From assembly GCA_045586065.1 (NCBI GenBank), contig JAZMZR010000019.1, positions 26,337 through 90,336 of the forward strand: 64,000 nucleotides of DNA. Reading direction: 5' to 3'. The position numbers were made by a program, and so were the translations under genes. The notes beneath the pieces were generated by a model. That model was not told the origin of the DNA. It saw only the letters and a program-made list of their open reading frames with translations, and did not search any database. This DNA comes from Candidatus Limivicinus sp. (GTDB lineage: Bacteria; Bacillota; Clostridia; Oscillospirales; Oscillospiraceae). Every line of letters begins with the position of its first letter. The first letter of the stretch is position 1. Positions 61,738-64,000 of the stretch are shown piece by piece.

Positions 61738-63813
61738 TCAGTTGTTGAAGAATATGCTTCCGAAGTTCTGAGCGAAGTATACGTCGTAGCCCATCGTGCC
61801 GACCAGCAGCCATGCGAGCAGCAGCGCCGCCACGGCCGCGCCGATCCAGACATTCCTGGTGGAACGGAACAGGCGTCTCGACACATAGTTGACAACGGGG
61901 ACGGAAAAGATATAGCCGTAGGTGAATGTCCACTTGGCGCCGTTCTTCCCCATCAGCAGCGCATCGATGAAGCAGATGATCCAAACGCCGAGGGAGTTTA
62001 CAAGGACAGCGAGCATGTCATCGGCAAACTCTCCCTTCCCGGTCTTCGGGGCATAGTTGAGAGCAAGCCCGCACATGATCGTGGAGGGAAGGAACAGGAG
62101 CGCAAGCCGGATGACGAACCACCAGTGCTCCACCTTGAGCTGCGGGAGGGCGAACATCCAGAGTCTGTAGTCCTGATTGAAGAGGTAGGTGATCATGGTC
62201 AGCGAGGCATAAGCCGCGATGATCACGATAAGCGCCAGAAGGAGAGACTTGAGTATCGCCGGGATCTTGATAAGCAGGTTTGTGTTGGCGAACTTGCTCT
62301 CCCCGTTCTTCTTGTCAATGACCGAAAGGACGATCACTTCGATGAGGGACAGCACCGCGATTACGCCGAGGAAGATGGGCACCATCCACCAGCTGAAGAA
62401 GAGCGGGTGAAGCTGTGTGGCATGGAAGTACATCCAGGGCTGCTCCGCCACTTTGTCTAGCACAAGCGTGGCGATGATGCCGATCACGACGGCCACGCCG
62501 TTGAGGATCCAGTAGCGCTTCTTGGTGTAAGTGAGAGGAGCGACCTTCTCCTCACCAAGGCAGGGGGCGAAGAACGCCGTGCCGCAGAGGAGCTTTGCAA
62601 GCGGGACAAGAGCGGTGAGCATGGCGATCATCGCTATCGCATTGCAGATTTCTCTCCACACGAAGTGACCGGTGTTCGCTCCGGCGGGAGCTCCGTCGAT
62701 GGAAAGGGTATCCTCAAAGTATTTCACGACATCGGCCGCAGTCTGCACGGAGAAGAAGTTCTTGCTGTGGGACTCAACGTTGAGCGTGAACATCCTTGCG
62801 CATCTCGCATCGAGGGCCGCCTGCAGCTTTGCATTGCCCGCAGCGGCAGCGGAGAAGTCGCCCACGATCTCGTTCGACTGTGTCAGGTCGTCAACGGCAT
62901 ACCACTTGTCTGGCTGCAGTTCCGCAGTGGGATAGTATGCGTCCGCATAGGCGGGCGTGAGGTAGAAGCCGACACGGTCAAAGGTTCCGTTTACGATAGC
63001 CCTGTTGATGCGGATGTTCCTCATCACGGTATGTCCGGCAACCTCGACTTCCTTGAGCGCCTTGGTGTTCGGCGCGTCACCGCCGATCAGGCAGAGGGCG
63101 CGGGGACGGGTGTTGAACCACTCTTCCTTTTCGGCGCGGATGTAGTTGTAGAGATCCATCTCTTCCGGAGCGAGCTTGGCGGCGGCAAGTTCATCCGCAT
63201 TCTCCGCGAGCTCCTCTTCTGAGATCTCCTTGCCGAACTGCTCGTAAAGCACGTTCAGCATGATGTCGTTGAAGCTGAGATAGCCGTTGTCCAGTATGGC
63301 GGCCATCTCCATACGCCTTGAGCCCTGGGAGTGACCGGCAAGTCCGATCCTCGTGGCATCCACGAACTTGAGAGAACGGACGAAATTCAGAGCGTCCACC
63401 GTTCCGCTCGAGGAGGAGTTGGTGACATAGGCATCGATGCCCATGTTGCTTTCATCGTAGACGGGCATCTCGCTGAAGCCTGTGGCATAGCCGTTGATAT
63501 TCATCACCACGAAGCCGCGGCGGGCCAGTTCTTCGACTATGCCTCTGTAGTTGCCTTTGGTGACGCCGGCACCGTGCGCGAATATCACGGCGGGAAGCTT
63601 ATCCCTGTCCGTCACGCCGGCGGGATAGTAAAGGTCAGCCTGCAGGACCGCTCCCCTTGCGTCGATCGAGATCTCTTCGATCTTGATCTTCGCGCCATTG
63701 GAGGAGATCATCTGGGCAATGCAGCTGAACAGAAGTATCACGCAGAGGCAAATCAGAAGCACTCTTACACAGCCGGCCTTCGTCTGAAGTGAGAATCGTT
63801 TTTCTTTCTCCAT
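61738..63813 (-). CDS. Alpha/beta-hydrolase fused to a C-terminal polytopic membrane domain
   Basis: 691 aa. It has an N-terminal signal anchor, the nucleophile elbow GHSQGS within a dienelactone-hydrolase-like region, then about 8 hydrophobic helices in the C-terminal 300 aa. Confidence 0.8.
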   Translation of the reverse strand: MEKEKRFSLQTKAGCVRVLLICLCVILLFSCIAQMISSNGAKIKIEEISIDARGAVLQADLYYPAGVTDRDKLPAVIFAHGAGVTKGNYRGIVEELARRGFVVMNINGYATGFSEMPVYDESNMGIDAYVTNSSSSGTVDALNFVRSLKFVDATRIGLAGHSQGSRRMEMAAILDNGYLSFNDIMLNVLYEQFGKEISEEELAENADELAAAKLAPEEMDLYNYIRAEKEEWFNTRPRALCLIGGDAPNTKALKEVEVAGHTVMRNIRINRAIVNGTFDRVGFYLTPAYADAYYPTAELQPDKWYAVDDLTQSNEIVGDFSAAAAGNAKLQAALDARCARMFTLNVESHSKNFFSVQTAADVVKYFEDTLSIDGAPAGANTGHFVWREICNAIAMIAMLTALVPLAKLLCGTAFFAPCLGEEKVAPLTYTKKRYWILNGVAVVIGIIATLVLDKVAEQPWMYFHATQLHPLFFSWWMVPIFLGVIAVLSLIEVIVLSVIDKKNGESKFANTNLLIKIPAILKSLLLALIVIIAAYASLTMITYLFNQDYRLWMFALPQLKVEHWWFVIRLALLFLPSTIMCGLALNYAPKTGKGEFADDMLAVLVNSLGVWIICFIDALLMGKNGAKWTFTYGYIFSVPVVNYVSRRLFRSTRNVWIGAAVAALLLAWLLVGTMGYDVYFAQNFGSIFFNN

Positions 63814-63881
63814 GACTTTCCATCCTTTCTTTAATAATTTGTTTATGAATGTATTTAGAGAGATACACTCATCTTGATTAA

Positions 63882-63910
63882 AATATATTCTTGTGGATTG
63901 ATTCCGTCAA
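63882..63910 (-). promoter_or_regulatory. Putative sigma-A promoter of the hydrolase gene
   Basis: Minus strand: TTGACG, 17 nt, TATATT, about 65 nt upstream of ATG 63813. Confidence 0.45.
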
Positions 63911-64000
63911 TGCAGAAAAAAACGCCCCGGATTTGTTGAAAATAACAAAAATTTGAAGGAACTTCCTCTTCGGAAAACAATCGGCTTGATGGAAGCATTG

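Noticed and set aside
1-64000. CRISPR arrays, tRNA or rRNA genes, IS elements with transposases, integrases
   Set aside because: I scanned every intergenic gap longer than 80 bp by eye. I found no regularly spaced repeats, no cloverleaf-like tRNA sequence, no rRNA-like stretch and no transposase or integrase ORF. Only the repeats and palindromes reported above were found. tRNAscan, Infernal and ISfinder runs would be the decisive check.

Overview
This is a 64-kb chromosomal segment from a high-GC Gram-positive anaerobe. Gene content and order suggest Clostridia, possibly Oscillospiraceae/Ruminococcaceae-like, but the taxon is an inference. I support about 60 protein genes and saw no rRNA, tRNA or CRISPR array by eye. 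Many long ORFs in the track are antisense artefacts of the high GC content.

Housekeeping blocks:
- tilS-hpt-ftsH
- gdpP-rplI-dnaB
- rpsB-tsf
- Rrf2-nifS-nifU
- a small FTR-like protein with trxA and rubrerythrin
- trkA-trkH
- a stand-alone GMP-synthase ATP-pyrophosphatase subunit

Most interesting accessory content:
1. Locus 25.6-36.4 kb. A translationally coupled TIM-barrel plus small-subunit pair resembles C-glycoside (C-C bond) deglycosidases, but no oxidoreductase partner is present in the window. It faces an Fe3+/thiamine-architecture ABC importer whose ATPase carries a roughly 120-aa insertion. An SBP / YesM-like kinase / AraC-type response regulator sensor follows.
2. Island 54.7-58.2 kb. 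GC drops sharply here. The island holds a terminase 3' remnant, a DUF4143 AAA+ ATPase bracketed by 30/31-nt direct repeats, a cluster of hairpins including a 54-nt palindrome, and a class II Fic protein.
3. A membrane-anchored MerR regulator is translationally coupled to a YhfC-type intramembrane protease. It sits behind a 19-bp-spacer MerR-type promoter.
4. A Phd/YefM antitoxin is paired with a non-canonical membrane-anchored partner.
5. An archaeal-type ornithine-cyclodeaminase-like gene lies next to ornithine carbamoyltransferase.
6. Terminator-like leader hairpins precede two transporter genes.

All family assignments come from motif recognition by eye. No database search was run.
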